The position numbers and the translations under genes are program-made. 23,564 nt of DNA from Limisphaerales bacterium (GTDB taxonomy: Bacteria; Verrucomicrobiota; Verrucomicrobiia; Limisphaerales; JAJOIW01): assembly GCA_965657355.1 (NCBI GenBank), contig CBFHOE010000001.1:79144-102707 (forward strand), given 5' to 3'. Position 1 is the stretch's first letter, and the number at the start of each line of letters is the position of its first letter. The notes beneath the pieces were generated by a model. It was not told the DNA's origin. It saw nothing but the letters and a program-made list of their open reading frames with translations, and ran no database searches. Positions 1 to 8,819 of this stretch are shown here, piece after piece.

Positions 1-278
1 TATTTGGAAGGGTCAATGAGGTTCATGTATTTTCTGATGAACAAGAAACAGACGGTTACTACATAGAAGAGATCATCGAAGGGACATCCATAAGCGAAGT
101 CCTCGCTCTTGTTCAATATGACAAAAAAGAACTCAGGAGACGTTTGAAAAGACAAATAGATTCTGCAATTAAATCTAGAAATTTGAAATCCTCCGATGGT
201 ATGCGCATTCTTCAAGAATACGACTCCGGGCTGAATGACTATACTTACCTATCTTTTGACGAAGGCACCCATGGCTGA
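1..278 (+). CDS. speA: Biosynthetic arginine decarboxylase, C-terminal part (gene begins before the window)
   Basis: Manual translation from nt 3: FGRVNEVHVFSDEQETDGYYIEEIIEGTSISEVLALVQYDKKELRRRLKRQIDSAIKSRNLKSSDGMRILQEYDSGLNDYTYLSFDEGTHG*, TGA at 276-278. The (L)FG..N.VHV, V+..VQY and GL..YTYL pattern is the characteristic SpeA C-terminus. Confidence 0.88.
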   Translation, partial: FGRVNEVHVFSDEQETDGYYIEEIIEGTSISEVLALVQYDKKELRRRLKRQIDSAIKSRNLKSSDGMRILQEYDSGLNDYTYLSFDEGTHG

Positions 279-1014
279 TAAACCTGTATCGCTTCCAAAG
301 TATACTTCTGAGATCACGGAGATCTTCCGTGGCTTTTCAGCTATTTTCTGGAGTTTGCCCATGTCTCTTATCACAAGCGTGCATACTTCATTAAATTCTT
401 TAGCCCAAACGAGTGATTTTGCTTTTCCGGTGGCTTCCTTTGGATTAATGGCTTTTGGGGCTCATTCCGTAAGACGACTTAGTATTCCAAGTGAAAATAG
501 GTGGAAGCTCATTGTTGAATCTATTCGTTTTTTAGCCGTTGCTCAGGTAATGCTCTCTCCTTTTATCTTGTTCCATACTAGAATGGCTGAAAGTAAGTTT
601 TTTGCATTTTCAATTTTGATACTTGGTGTTTTTTGGATTCTGTATTTTAGATTAACTATCGTCATGGTCGGTAAAATTCTTCTTCGTATCGGGGACAGTT
701 CGATACGAAGGGATTACTATTGGATGCGTGGTTTTATTGAAGGCTCACTTTTGCTTGTTGGTCTGGGCTGGGTAGTTTTATTCCTGAGAAATTATTTTTT
801 AGATGCTGAGGCCTTACCTTTATATATGCTCATCGCGACTCCTCATTGGCTGGGGTCTTTTCTGCTAATTTCCATCATATTTCCTGTAACTGTAGCCATG
901 AATCTTATCTGGAAAACAAAAGACCTTCTTGTTGAGTACGCGCTGATGCAGGATCACAAAGCTCAGTTTCCTGAGACATTTAAAAAAGAAAGCAATGAGA
1001 GTCAGGTTTCCTGA
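271..1014 (+). CDS. Hypothetical integral membrane protein (about 6 hydrophobic segments)
   Basis: The ORF track gives 235..1014. The in-frame ATG at 271 (MADKPV...) overlaps the speA stop (ATGGCTGA) and follows GAAGG at 261-265, so it is the more likely start. Several long hydrophobic stretches; no recognised motif. Confidence 0.75.
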   Translation: MADKPVSLPKYTSEITEIFRGFSAIFWSLPMSLITSVHTSLNSLAQTSDFAFPVASFGLMAFGAHSVRRLSIPSENRWKLIVESIRFLAVAQVMLSPFILFHTRMAESKFFAFSILILGVFWILYFRLTIVMVGKILLRIGDSSIRRDYYWMRGFIEGSLLLVGLGWVVLFLRNYFLDAEALPLYMLIATPHWLGSFLLISIIFPVTVAMNLIWKTKDLLVEYALMQDHKAQFPETFKKESNESQVS

Positions 1015-1136
1015 ATTCGATGCAAATTTTCGTAAATTTTGGACCTTTTTTGAGGAATATCCAAATTGTTGATAGAATATCAATTTTCGTCCTTGACTGG
1101 GAGCTCAATATAAGAAACTCATGGAGCATGTTTTCC

Positions 1137-3347
1137 ATGATGAAAGGAATGTTTTCGGCTTCATCGGTGCATAGAAAAATTATTCTAGCGCTGGTATTAA
1201 TTGGACTTGTTTTTGGGAGCTCTTCAGCAGAAGCAAAGCGTCCCAATATTGTCTTTATCTTTTCAGATGATCATGCCGTGCAAGCCATAGGTGCGTACGG
1301 ATCGAAAATTAATACCACTCCGAACATTGATAGATTAGCCAAAGAGGGCGCCATTTTTGAAAATTCGTTTTGTGCCAACTCGATTTGTGGCCCGTCCAGG
1401 GCAAACATCCTGACAGGAAAACACAGCCACATCAATGGGTTTCTAAGAAACGGTAATCGATTTGATGGGGGGCAGCCGACGTTTCCTAAAATGCTGCAAA
1501 GAGTTGGTTATCAAACGGCTATTGTTGGCAAATGGCATCTTTCTACGGACCCAACTGGTTTTAACTACTGGGAAGTTTTACCTGGTCAGGGGAGTTATTA
1601 TAATCCGGACTTTATCCAGATGGATGGCAAGCGTAAGCGCTACACCGGTTATTGCACAGATATCATCACGGAGAGAACACTTGATTGGCTAAAAAATGAC
1701 AGGGATGAAGACAAACCTTTCATGTTAATGTGTCAACATAAGGCTCCACATAGAAATTGGGCGCCAGCGCCACGCCACTTGAAGATGTTTGACGGAATTA
1801 CCGTGCCCGAGCCTGAAACATTATTTGATGATTACTCCGGCCGGTCACCACTCTTGAAGGAAAATGAGATGACTATCAAAGATCATTTTCATTGGGGGCA
1901 TGACATGAAGTTCCATGGTGAGAATTTGTTTCCGAAGTATTTCTCCAGACTGGGGAATGGGGAGTACCGAAGAATGAATGCAGAGCAAAAGGCCGCATGG
2001 GATGCGCATTACGAACCATTGAATCAGGCGTTCATAAAAAAAATGAATGCGGGCGAATTATCCGACAAACAAATTATTCAATGGAAATATCAAAGGTATA
2101 TAAAAGACTATTTGGCGACCATACAAGCGGTAGATGAAAGTGTAGGCAAAGTTCTTGATTATCTAGATGAATCAGGTCTTGCTGAGAATACTATAGTTAT
2201 ATACTCAGCCGACCAAGGATTCTATCTCGGTGAACATGGTTGGTATGACAAAAGGTGGATGTTTGAAGAGTCATTGAAAATGCCATTTCTCATAAAATGG
2301 CCGGGCGTTGTTAAGCCAGGAATAAAACCCAAAGCTTTGATTCAGAACATCGACTATGCCCCAACTTTTTTGGAAATTGCGGAAGCTGAGATACCATCAG
2401 ATATACAAGGCAGCTCTCTAGTTCCCTTGCTCAAAGCTGATGGTATGCCGGGGGCAGATTGGAGAAAAAGTATTTATTACACATATTATGAGAATGCATC
2501 CGTTCACGCTGTTCCGATTCATGACGGTGTCCGAACCAGTCGTTATAAATTAATGTATTTTCCACGCGGAAGGCAGTGGCAAATGTTTGATTTGAAAGAA
2601 GATCCGCTCGAGTTAAAAAGTGTCCATAATGAGGCCTCCTACAAAACAATCTTCGCCGGCTTACAACAACAGTTGAAAGATCAGCGCCAATTTTATGATC
2701 AAAACACCGCTCTTACCCAAGTTACTCGAGGAGATGAAAAATGGTGGCGCGACCGAAATAAAGCCAAAAATAGTCAAGCAAAAGAAGGTAAAGCTGAGCT
2801 TGCATTTATCGGGGATTCAATTACCCAAGGCTGGGAAGGACGAGGGAAGCAAACATGGGAAAAATACTATTCACACAGAAACCCGATAAATCTGGGGTTT
2901 AGCGGAGACAGAACCGAACATGTCATATACAGACTCAACAAAGGTAACCTGAATAATATCAAACCGAAAGTAGCAGTTATTATGATAGGGACAAATAATA
3001 CCGGTCACCTCGATCAAGATCCTGATCAAGTCGCTGAGGGAGTAAAGGAAATTTTGAATGTTGTCCATACTAGATCTCCAAAAACAAAAATCCTTCTTCT
3101 TGGTGTATTTCCACGTGGCGCTCACAAATGGGATTCAAAGCGAATTAATAACGAATCTATCAACCAGAGAATTCGTCGATTTGCTGATAATGAATCAATC
3201 CACTACATGGATATTGGTCATAAGTTTTTAGATCCCGACGGGCACCTTCCAACATCTATCATGCCAGACAGGCTTCACCTCAATGAAAAAGGATATCAAA
3301 TTTGGGCCGAATCCATAGAGCCAAAACTCAAAGAGCTAGGTATTTAA
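1137..3347 (+). CDS. Exported Cys-type (formylglycine) S1 sulfatase fused to a C-terminal SGNH/GDSL esterase (PAF-acetylhydrolase-like)
   Basis: Signal peptide ending SSAEA; RPNIVFIFSDDH; CGPSRANILTGK (CxPxR, Cys codon 1386); GKWHL; YSADQGFYLGEHGWYDKRWMFEES. C-terminal GDSITQGW (2811), GFSGD, GTNN and DRLH. The start is uncertain (ATGs at 1020, 1128, 1137, 1140, 1149); 1137 has GGAG about 10 nt upstream. Confidence 0.92.
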   Translation: MMKGMFSASSVHRKIILALVLIGLVFGSSSAEAKRPNIVFIFSDDHAVQAIGAYGSKINTTPNIDRLAKEGAIFENSFCANSICGPSRANILTGKHSHINGFLRNGNRFDGGQPTFPKMLQRVGYQTAIVGKWHLSTDPTGFNYWEVLPGQGSYYNPDFIQMDGKRKRYTGYCTDIITERTLDWLKNDRDEDKPFMLMCQHKAPHRNWAPAPRHLKMFDGITVPEPETLFDDYSGRSPLLKENEMTIKDHFHWGHDMKFHGENLFPKYFSRLGNGEYRRMNAEQKAAWDAHYEPLNQAFIKKMNAGELSDKQIIQWKYQRYIKDYLATIQAVDESVGKVLDYLDESGLAENTIVIYSADQGFYLGEHGWYDKRWMFEESLKMPFLIKWPGVVKPGIKPKALIQNIDYAPTFLEIAEAEIPSDIQGSSLVPLLKADGMPGADWRKSIYYTYYENASVHAVPIHDGVRTSRYKLMYFPRGRQWQMFDLKEDPLELKSVHNEASYKTIFAGLQQQLKDQRQFYDQNTALTQVTRGDEKWWRDRNKAKNSQAKEGKAELAFIGDSITQGWEGRGKQTWEKYYSHRNPINLGFSGDRTEHVIYRLNKGNLNNIKPKVAVIMIGTNNTGHLDQDPDQVAEGVKEILNVVHTRSPKTKILLLGVFPRGAHKWDSKRINNESINQRIRRFADNESIHYMDIGHKFLDPDGHLPTSIMPDRLHLNEKGYQIWAESIEPKLKELGI

Positions 3348-3439
3348 ATACGTTTATTTGAAAAGGTGTGGATTATTTATTTCTTTAAGCACCTTCATCA
3401 ATCAATATTAGTTTAACTGATAGTATATATAAATCGATT

Positions 3440-3478
3440 AAACTCGAGAGCTGAAATAATAAGTTCTCGGGTTTTTTT
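3440..3478 (+). terminator. Rho-independent terminator after the sulfatase gene
   Basis: AACTCGAGAGCT pairs with AGTTCTCGGGTT (12 bp including G.U pairs), followed by a T-run. Confidence 0.7.
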
Positions 3479-3523
3479 CATTAAATAACTAATTTTAGTT
3501 TATGCAGGAGGCACTTTTAGAAA

Positions 3524-4230
3524 TCATTTGTTCCAATCCATTCTCATCTGCCATTTTCTTCGTCACACCGTTCGTTTGAATCGCTATAAAATTAAAGATG
3601 AGTCAGGTCACATATATGTCCTGCAAAATTTGGCATTTACCTTTTGCTGGTCAGCCCATTATTCGAGCTGCTCTCTGGTGACAAGTGCTTCAAATCAGGT
3701 TTTTGAATTATTGGTGAGTTTTTAATGTTCACGAATTAACGGTTCAGCAGATATGCTATAAAATGGAACACTTTCTTTAATGTTTTCCCCAAGGGTGACC
3801 GGTAATATGTTCGCACTCAAACCATCAATGGAAAATTCTACTGCCTCCATTTGATATCATAATATTTCCGGTTTTAAGGAAACTTCACCGATGCGATGAA
3901 GGGCTTTTCTATTTTTATTTTATTTAAAGATTTGTGAAGGCTCATTCTGTTCATCCGGTGCGAATTCAAGAAATCCATCTTTTTCCAAACGACGTGCTCC
4001 ATTCTTTAGGTATGTATTGATCCGCCTCTTCATACACTGCAAAACACCTGGTATTTTGGCAGTGTATATTTTCGGACCAATGAGGTATACGCGGATTTTG
4101 CTTTGGCCATCAGCCGATTCAAAAGTTCCATAAATTGAATCACACCTTAATCATCAAATGAAATCAAGTTGGCTAAACTGTCGGTTGGATTTAGTGGAGT
4201 CAAATAGAGCTTATCAAATACCGAGACGCA
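3524..4230 (-). pseudogene. Possible eroded gene remnant, product unknown
   Basis: A 1.1-kb gap with no intact gene. One minus frame reads protein-like through scattered TAA/TGA stops: 74 open codons at 4144-3923 (...YLKNGARRLEKDGFLEFAPDEQNEPSQIFK*), then ...IGEVSLKPEIL*YQMEAVEFSIDGLSANILPVTLGENIKESVPFYSISAEPLIREH*...FEALVTREQLE*WADQQK. Confidence 0.35.
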
Positions 4231-4470
4231 ATTAGTAAAGGTGTTTTTTTGATGAGCCTGGGTCCATTAATAAAGCCAGCTACCCACTCGTTATACTTGC
4301 ACAAAGCTTTTTTTGAGATAGGGCAAAGTTTATCATTTATTTTTGTTTCAATTTTAAAAAGTATTTTTCGAATTACCAATAATACCATCTCTGGAAATAT
4401 TCACTAACCAATAAGCGGGAGAAGGATTTTATGTAGTGCTGTCGCTCTTTTCTTTGATAGACTAGGAATT

Positions 4471-7410
4471 ATGTTCTCGTGGTTTCCTAATCCAAAGTTT
4501 TGGGCGTGTGTTACTTTGGTAACTACCTTGTCCTTTTTTCATGTCGGACCAAGAAATGATACCTATGCAAATGAGTTGATTCAAATTTCTGGTATTTACC
4601 CACATTTAACCATGTGGAATGACGAGCAGGAGTGTGGGACTGGGGCCGTAGTTCCATGGCAGGGTTCTCTCTGGGCCATTACATATGCGCCACACAAACC
4701 GTCTGGCTCTTCGGATAAACTCTACATCATTTCCAAAGATCTCGGAGTGAATGTATTTAGTGGAAGTGTAGGCGGAACCCCTGCAAACAGGATGATTCAT
4801 AAAGAATCAAAACAACTTTTTATAGGCCCCTACGTCATTGACGAAAATACCCACGTGCGGGTCATTCCACCTTTAAGTATGTATGGAAGACTTACAGCGA
4901 ACGCGAGACACCTCGATGACCCAAAAAACTTTATCTATTATGCTACGATGGAGGAGGGACTATACCAGGTCAATGTCCATACACTTCGAGTGAAATGCCT
5001 CATTCGGGATGGAAATCCTGGAGCTCCCAAAGTGGGGGTAAAATCACGACTGCCTGGATACCATGGAAAGGGGATGTATTCAGGGCAGGGGCAGGTTATA
5101 TATGCTAATAATGGCGAGCGGCATCCTGACGTTTCAACTGATCCCGGGCTCTCCTCTGGAGCTTTGGCTAAATGGGCAGGGGCTGGTGATTGGCAACTTA
5201 TAAAAAGAAATCAGTTCACTGAGGTTACAGGGCCGGGTGGTATATACGGAAATGATTCTTCTGGTCAACCGATTTGGTCGATGGGATGGGACAAAAAATC
5301 TGTTATTCTTGCTCTTCTGGACGACGGTGAATGGATGTATTACCGTCTTCCAAAAGGTAGCCACAGTTACGATGGCTCACACGGTTGGAACACGGAATGG
5401 CCCCGGATCAGAGACATTGGTGAAAAAGACTTTTTGGCTACCATGCATGGGACTTTTTGGCGATTCCCAAAATCATTCTCAAAAAGTAACTCAGCTGGAA
5501 TTGGGCCGAGATCTAATTATCTCAAGGTTATAGGAGACTTTTGCGAATGGAACGGAAGAATTGTCTTTGGGTGTGATGATTCAGCCAGAGCTGAGTTCCT
5601 AAATACCCGGCCTTTTAAGGCAAAACAAGGGGCGCCCAAGCAATCAAATTCTAATCTGTGGTTCGTTGAAAAGGATAGATTGGATGATCTTGGGCCTGCC
5701 ATCGGCCGTGGATCTTTATGGCTGAAACAGGATGTGGTAAAAAATCAAACGAGTGATCCATTTTTATTCTCCGGGTATACACATAAGCAGATATCCATTC
5801 ATCACCAAAGTAAGGGGGATCTTCCATTGCTTATAGAGGTCGATAAAAAAGGAAATAACCAATGGGAGGTCATGGAAAAAGTGCTGGTTCCTCCTCATCT
5901 TGGTTTTTTTAAAATATATGATTCAAATACTTCTGGTTCTTGGTTGAGGATAAGTACTCTATCTGATGCTAAGAATCTAACCGTTCATTTTCATTATAGA
6001 AACAAAGATGAAAGAACTGAAAATAACGCCCTGATTTTTGACGGTATATCTCATATCGAAGACCAAGTGCTTCCGCGGAAAATCGGTTTAATGAGAAGTC
6101 TGTCTCATGGTCTTTTGGGCTTAGTTACAATGGAAGGCATTGAAGATAATCCAAATCCTCGCTTATACCACTTGGATCAAAAGCTTAGTTGGTCGTCCAC
6201 CGATAACTCCGTGGCAGCAAAGCAGCTCATTAATGATGTAGCACAGCCATTAAATACTTTTAAGACTGACAGTGCTTCAATTATTCTAGAGGAAGATGGA
6301 AAGCGCTACCGTTTCCCTAAAAATGACTGGTATATGTTCATAGATAACCCAGAAGGTATTTCATCGAATTCTGTCGTAAGAACAATCCCTTATTATGTAT
6401 CAAAAAACTTGGCAATGGGTTCCGACGTAAAAGCTAGCACCGTTTTCAATGGCCTTGGACCGGAAAAAGCCGTTGATGGGAAATTAAGCGATAATAGCCG
6501 GTGGTTAACCGTCAGCAGTGACAGAAATAAATTTATCGAAATCGATCTTAAGCAGTCAAAAGAATTTCAACATATCTGGATTTTTTCTGGATGGCAAAAT
6601 GGGAGTTCTTCCTGGGGAAATCACTTCGCCGTGGAAGCCAAAATTAATGGCAAATGGAAAGCATTGTCAGAGGTAGAGGGTAACAAATCTTTTCTCAGTA
6701 AAATAACCTTACCAGAGCCAGTTCAATCGCAATTTATTCGTGTTACATCGAAGGATGAAGGTCACCTTAGAGTTTATGAGGTAGCTTTGTTTCGAGACAA
6801 ACCAGAGATACAGGAAAAACCAAAATTCAAGTTCGAGACAGCCCGTGTTTGCAGGGAAGTGGCCACAGAAAGAGATCTTTTAAATGTCCACGGCACATTC
6901 TATGAATTGCCTGCCCGAAATGCCCAGGGACTCGCCAAAATCCGCCCCATAGCTACCCATAATTTGGATATTCACGATTTCTGTTCTCATAATGGCCTCA
7001 TATTTTTTTCCGGGATTAAGCCAGATGCTCAAAGTAAACGAATTTTTAGAAGTCCCGACGGTGAGGCTTTAGTATGGGCAGGTGTCGTAGACGACCTCTG
7101 GAAACTCGGCAAGCCTCGGGGCAAGGGCGGACCTTGGAATGATACTTCTGTCAGCTCAAATGCTCTATCAGATCCTTATCTGATGACGGGTTACGATAAT
7201 AAAGAAGTAAACATAAGCGCCAATTCACAAACTTTAATCACTCTTCAGGTAGACCTTGATGGGACTGGGGTCTGGGTCGATTATAAATCGTTCCCCGTCG
7301 AACCAGGCCAGCTGATTCACCACAAATTTGAAAGGGGGTTCTCAGCCTACTGGGTGAGAGCGAAATCATCAAACCCTTCTCGTGTCACTTTGGATTTTAC
7401 ATATTTTTAA
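4471..7410 (+). CDS. Large exported uncharacterised beta-rich protein with an internal F5/8 type C (discoidin/CBM32-like) domain
   Basis: 979-aa ORF with an N-terminal hydrophobic signal. NLAMG..VKAST...GPEKAVDG....RW....IEIDL....FIRV....YEVALF at about 6406-6792 is a discoidin signature. The ECGTGAVVPW...SSDKLY...GGTPANRMIH N-terminus resembles a conserved Bacteroidota/PVC hypothetical family (from memory). Confidence 0.85.
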   Translation: MFSWFPNPKFWACVTLVTTLSFFHVGPRNDTYANELIQISGIYPHLTMWNDEQECGTGAVVPWQGSLWAITYAPHKPSGSSDKLYIISKDLGVNVFSGSVGGTPANRMIHKESKQLFIGPYVIDENTHVRVIPPLSMYGRLTANARHLDDPKNFIYYATMEEGLYQVNVHTLRVKCLIRDGNPGAPKVGVKSRLPGYHGKGMYSGQGQVIYANNGERHPDVSTDPGLSSGALAKWAGAGDWQLIKRNQFTEVTGPGGIYGNDSSGQPIWSMGWDKKSVILALLDDGEWMYYRLPKGSHSYDGSHGWNTEWPRIRDIGEKDFLATMHGTFWRFPKSFSKSNSAGIGPRSNYLKVIGDFCEWNGRIVFGCDDSARAEFLNTRPFKAKQGAPKQSNSNLWFVEKDRLDDLGPAIGRGSLWLKQDVVKNQTSDPFLFSGYTHKQISIHHQSKGDLPLLIEVDKKGNNQWEVMEKVLVPPHLGFFKIYDSNTSGSWLRISTLSDAKNLTVHFHYRNKDERTENNALIFDGISHIEDQVLPRKIGLMRSLSHGLLGLVTMEGIEDNPNPRLYHLDQKLSWSSTDNSVAAKQLINDVAQPLNTFKTDSASIILEEDGKRYRFPKNDWYMFIDNPEGISSNSVVRTIPYYVSKNLAMGSDVKASTVFNGLGPEKAVDGKLSDNSRWLTVSSDRNKFIEIDLKQSKEFQHIWIFSGWQNGSSSWGNHFAVEAKINGKWKALSEVEGNKSFLSKITLPEPVQSQFIRVTSKDEGHLRVYEVALFRDKPEIQEKPKFKFETARVCREVATERDLLNVHGTFYELPARNAQGLAKIRPIATHNLDIHDFCSHNGLIFFSGIKPDAQSKRIFRSPDGEALVWAGVVDDLWKLGKPRGKGGPWNDTSVSSNALSDPYLMTGYDNKEVNISANSQTLITLQVDLDGTGVWVDYKSFPVEPGQLIHHKFERGFSAYWVRAKSSNPSRVTLDFTYF

Positions 7411-7473
7411 ATGATTCATGGGGCTATTTATGGGACAAATTAGAGATCTCAAAATCAGGAATATTTAATGCCA

Positions 7474-7486
7474 TTGACTCAGTCAA
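7474..7486. promoter_or_regulatory. Perfect palindrome TTGACT-C-AGTCAA, putative operator overlapping a -35-like hexamer
   Basis: Seen directly, about 90 nt upstream of the ATG at 7575. Confidence 0.35.
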
Positions 7487-7574
7487 ACCGTTAATCCATT
7501 TTTAAAGTCATATTTATTCGCGATGCCTTGTTCCCTTTAGAATTTTAGATTGTAATAGTAATCTTTTAATCGCC

Positions 7575-8786
7575 ATGACTATTCCCGAAAAATTAATAAC
7601 GAGGCGTTTTTTCTCTTTGGTGCTCCTGACTTTGATGTCCTTTTCAGTGATCGGAGATCCATTAGTTTCCACCGTCAAGCTGCCCTATGGTGGTATTCGG
7701 CCACAGGCCGCCATCGATGCCAGTGGGACCATTCACATTGTTCAATCGGAATCTGCCAAAAGAGGGGATCTCGTGTATTTAAAGTTTGATCCTGAGACTA
7801 AAGAGTTTTCAAAACCAATTCCCGTTCTAAATACTGCTAAGGGAATGGCTGCAGGATTTAACATGACTGTTTCAAGTGATGGTCGTGTTCATGTCATTAT
7901 TCGACCAAACCCAAGATATTCAAAATTAGCAATGGGGGTAAATGCTTATGATGAAATGTTCAACTCTAAGCAACGGTTTTTTGTGTTAAAGTATATGTTG
8001 CATACCCGGCTAAATGACGAAGGCACCGCCTTTGAGACCGAAAAAAATATCATCGGAAAAACTATGGGTTTCGAAGGTGTGGGTTCTGTCGTTGCTGAGC
8101 CTGACAGCAAAATTGTTTATGCATTTTGGGCTGGTCAATTAAAACCAGGGCCGGAAATGGAAAGAGATATGTATATGGCATTGTCCCAAAATGAGGGAAG
8201 AGACTGGTCAGAACCGAAAAAACTGAGTGTCGATATACAGGGCAACTGCAGGTGCTGCCCTATCCATGCAAGTATGGATCAAAGAGGTCATCTATTCGTC
8301 GTTTACAGAAATTCAGTAAAGACATCCCCCACAAGTTGGAATAAAAATACCTATGTTCTTAAGTCGACGAATAAAGGTAAGACGTGGACCAAAAAATTAA
8401 TCCAAAAATGGGAAAACTGTGGCTGTCCTGGTGCTATCTATTCGATGAGTCACTCCACTACAAGGACACTGGTTGGATTTAGAACCAGAGGGATTTCTTC
8501 CTTTGCCGATGCCAATGATCCAAGCTTCATCATCCAGGCTCCCAATTCCGGCAACGCCAGCTCAAGGCCGATTGTGTCAACGAATAAAAATGGGGAAATT
8601 GTCTTTTGTTGGATAGAAGGTCAGGATGTTCTCTGGCAAGCATACAATAAAGATGGAAGAGTAATGAAAAACCTCAAAGGGAGACTCAAGGGCAAAGCTG
8701 TTAAATGGAGCAACGGTTCCCTAGTAGCGACAGCTCGAAATAATTTCATTTTATTTTACGACGATTCTTATCACAAATCTCGATAG
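7575..8786 (+). CDS. Exported BNR/Asp-box (sialidase-like beta-propeller) protein with CRCC and CGCP motifs
   Basis: N-terminal hydrophobic signal; Asp-box-like SQNEGRDW and STNKGKTW; NCRCCP (Cys codons 8247-8258) and WENCGCP (8409-8429). Confidence 0.8.
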   Translation: MTIPEKLITRRFFSLVLLTLMSFSVIGDPLVSTVKLPYGGIRPQAAIDASGTIHIVQSESAKRGDLVYLKFDPETKEFSKPIPVLNTAKGMAAGFNMTVSSDGRVHVIIRPNPRYSKLAMGVNAYDEMFNSKQRFFVLKYMLHTRLNDEGTAFETEKNIIGKTMGFEGVGSVVAEPDSKIVYAFWAGQLKPGPEMERDMYMALSQNEGRDWSEPKKLSVDIQGNCRCCPIHASMDQRGHLFVVYRNSVKTSPTSWNKNTYVLKSTNKGKTWTKKLIQKWENCGCPGAIYSMSHSTTRTLVGFRTRGISSFADANDPSFIIQAPNSGNASSRPIVSTNKNGEIVFCWIEGQDVLWQAYNKDGRVMKNLKGRLKGKAVKWSNGSLVATARNNFILFYDDSYHKSR

Positions 8787-8819
8787 ATAATCATATCTAA
8801 TGGCTTAGTTTTTTGTCGG

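Noticed and set aside
235..270. ORF-track start of the membrane protein at 235
   Set aside because: It overlaps the conserved speA YTYL tail; ATG 271 has an RBS-like sequence and a typical stop/start overlap.
3524..4230. Stop-codon readthrough or selenoprotein explanation for the interrupted frame
   Set aside because: The stops are a mix of TAA, TGA and TAG, and the intact genes use all three as normal stops.
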